Origin: Batkoa obscura
Lineage: Eukaryota
Assembly (NCBI GenBank): GCA_030770535.1
Contig: JASVEC010000150.1
Location: 1 to 40,719, forward strand
Reading direction: 5' to 3'
DNA: 40,719 bases
Below, piece by piece: positions 39,100 to 40,719 of this stretch; the first letter of the stretch is position 1; the number at the start of each line of letters is the position of its first letter. The notes under the pieces are model-generated. The model made no database searches. It had not been told where the DNA came from and was given only the letters and a program-made list of their open reading frames with translations. The translations under genes and the position numbers were made by a program.

Positions 39100-40080
39100 T
39101 ACAAATAACATTGGTACAATATTGGAAATTATAAACTGGGTTATAAAACTCTAGTGAGCAATCGCTGATAGAAAATCTATCAATTTAGATTAGAGATGGG
39201 TTTTTATAAAAAATACTTGATTAATCTGTTATTAAAATAATAGCATCTTCCATTTATAACTAACTACTCTAATTTTTTTCCAAAAGAAACAGAGTATGAA
39301 ACAAATTGGTAATTGGAATATCACATTGTTTAAAAATTATTTTTTAATTGATTTAGAGTGTATAAAACATTTAGTATCCTCATAGTCTTCTTCAAAGTAG
39401 TTTCTCCTTAAACAAACGCAATGACTTAAACTGAATTTTCAATTTATATTGAAATTATCAATAATTGATACTTGAAGATTTTCAAAGTGTAAAGTTGTTC
39501 TAAAAATTGAAAAGCAATTGTCCTACTAATGTAAGTTCTTTTCAACCGAGAGGTATCAAAAAGAGCTTCTATTAAACATTAATTTTTAACATCACAAGTC
39601 TATCAGGACCAAGTAAATTAATAAGGTAATCTAAGTCAACTAAGCCTCTGGAGATAAGTGTCACTTTTTTCACATGATATAGTAAGTTCGTATGCTTTAG
39701 TAGAACAGTTTTATCATTATCTTCAATAGCCAATATTATATTCTTTAAATAAGATAGTTTGCGAAATATCAAGGCAATCGACATATTGATATTAACTAGC
39801 TATGTGTAGTTAATATTTAATATAATGATAAAAGATTTAATTAATGGTTTATCATTTTTAGATATTACACACTCCTATTATACTTCGTATAAAATAAATA
39901 CTGACTGTTTGAATAAACCGGTGGAGTTGAATAAAGGGAATAGCATAGATTATTACAAATAAGCTGACTCATTTGCCCACACAATGCTTTGTTTAAGAAT
40001 CTTAAATCAAATAGTTTATCTCAGGATATAAAGTAAAGACAATACAAATTACAATGTCAAGTAAGCTATCTAGTTTTAGT
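39100..40080 (-). pseudogene. Decayed F-box/LRR gene, paralog of the 37026 remnant
   Basis: Minus strand LKLDSLLDIVICIVF / ..*DKLFDLRFLNKALCGQMSQLICNNLCYSLYSTPPVYSNSQYLFYTKYNRSV*YLKMI. Boundaries approximate. Confidence 0.6.
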
Positions 40081-40719
40081 ACACTGATTCTGAATTAAAT
40101 ATTCTAGAAAGTTGTCAATTTGGGCCTTTATTTATATTCTTTGAAATAGTATAGGCTCTAAACAAGGATAACTTAGTATTGTTTGCTTTTATTTATTTGC
40201 AGCAATACTATTACCATCAAAGTTAATATACTATCGATCCATTCGCCTTTCACAATATCTGAGTTGAACGTTTTTTATTTAAATTATAATAAATTTACTC
40301 AAAAGTAGTGATTTATTTGTATTTAGGATCTTATTGTTTAATATAGAAAGGTAAGATTTTTCTTTGATATCCTTTTTTATAAAAAATATATATTCAAGTC
40401 CAAGACTGTCATCCTAAACAAAGATGTTTGTCTTAGGATCCGGCACTTGTAATTAAATTATTTTATCTACTCTAAAAAAAGTCTATTATGTCAATGATAG
40501 CAGATATAAAATGAACACCTAAATCCTAGCTTTATTAGTAAATTTTGTTTACTTCTGGTTTTATTCATTTTCATTTAAAACTTCCTTTAAAATGTTAAGT
40601 TTTTGTTTAGATATTCTTATAGATAGGTAGATGTTTTAAAGATTTGAAAAGTAATTTTTCCAAATTTTAAGTTGAATAAAAGTAAACAAGTTATTGAAAG
40701 TCATTCAGATACCTTTGAA

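Overview
AT-rich eukaryotic (fungal) genomic DNA with short (mostly ~45-90 nt) GT-AG introns. The gene content and the F-box/LRR expansion suggest an early-diverging fungus, possibly Entomophthorales/Conidiobolus-like; this is inference only. Bases 1-14.5 kb form a compact housekeeping block: OPT/YSL-type oligopeptide transporter (5'-partial), Iec1/GLI-like C2H2 zinc-finger protein, SCAP-like sterol-sensing protein (apparent +1 frameshift), Tfb5, DUS4, an Ivy1-like I-BAR protein, a divergent profilin and CTP synthase. Tfb5 and profilin are absent from the ORF track. Bases 14.6-40.7 kb are gene-sparse and dynamic. They hold a 12-exon cytochrome P450 bracketed by ~1.2 kb near-identical direct repeats, two tandem TM-SPRY-PPxY genes with near-identical C-termini and divergent N-termini, one intact and two decayed F-box/LRR genes, and an intronless cysteine dioxygenase. 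The most notable system is a Sola-like DDD DNA transposon, present as one full plus one 5'-truncated tandem copy, together with a matching ~98-bp MITE family (7 full copies plus 1 partial). The MITE ends resemble the transposon ends, and one MITE sits inside the second transposase copy, with the empty site visible in the first.
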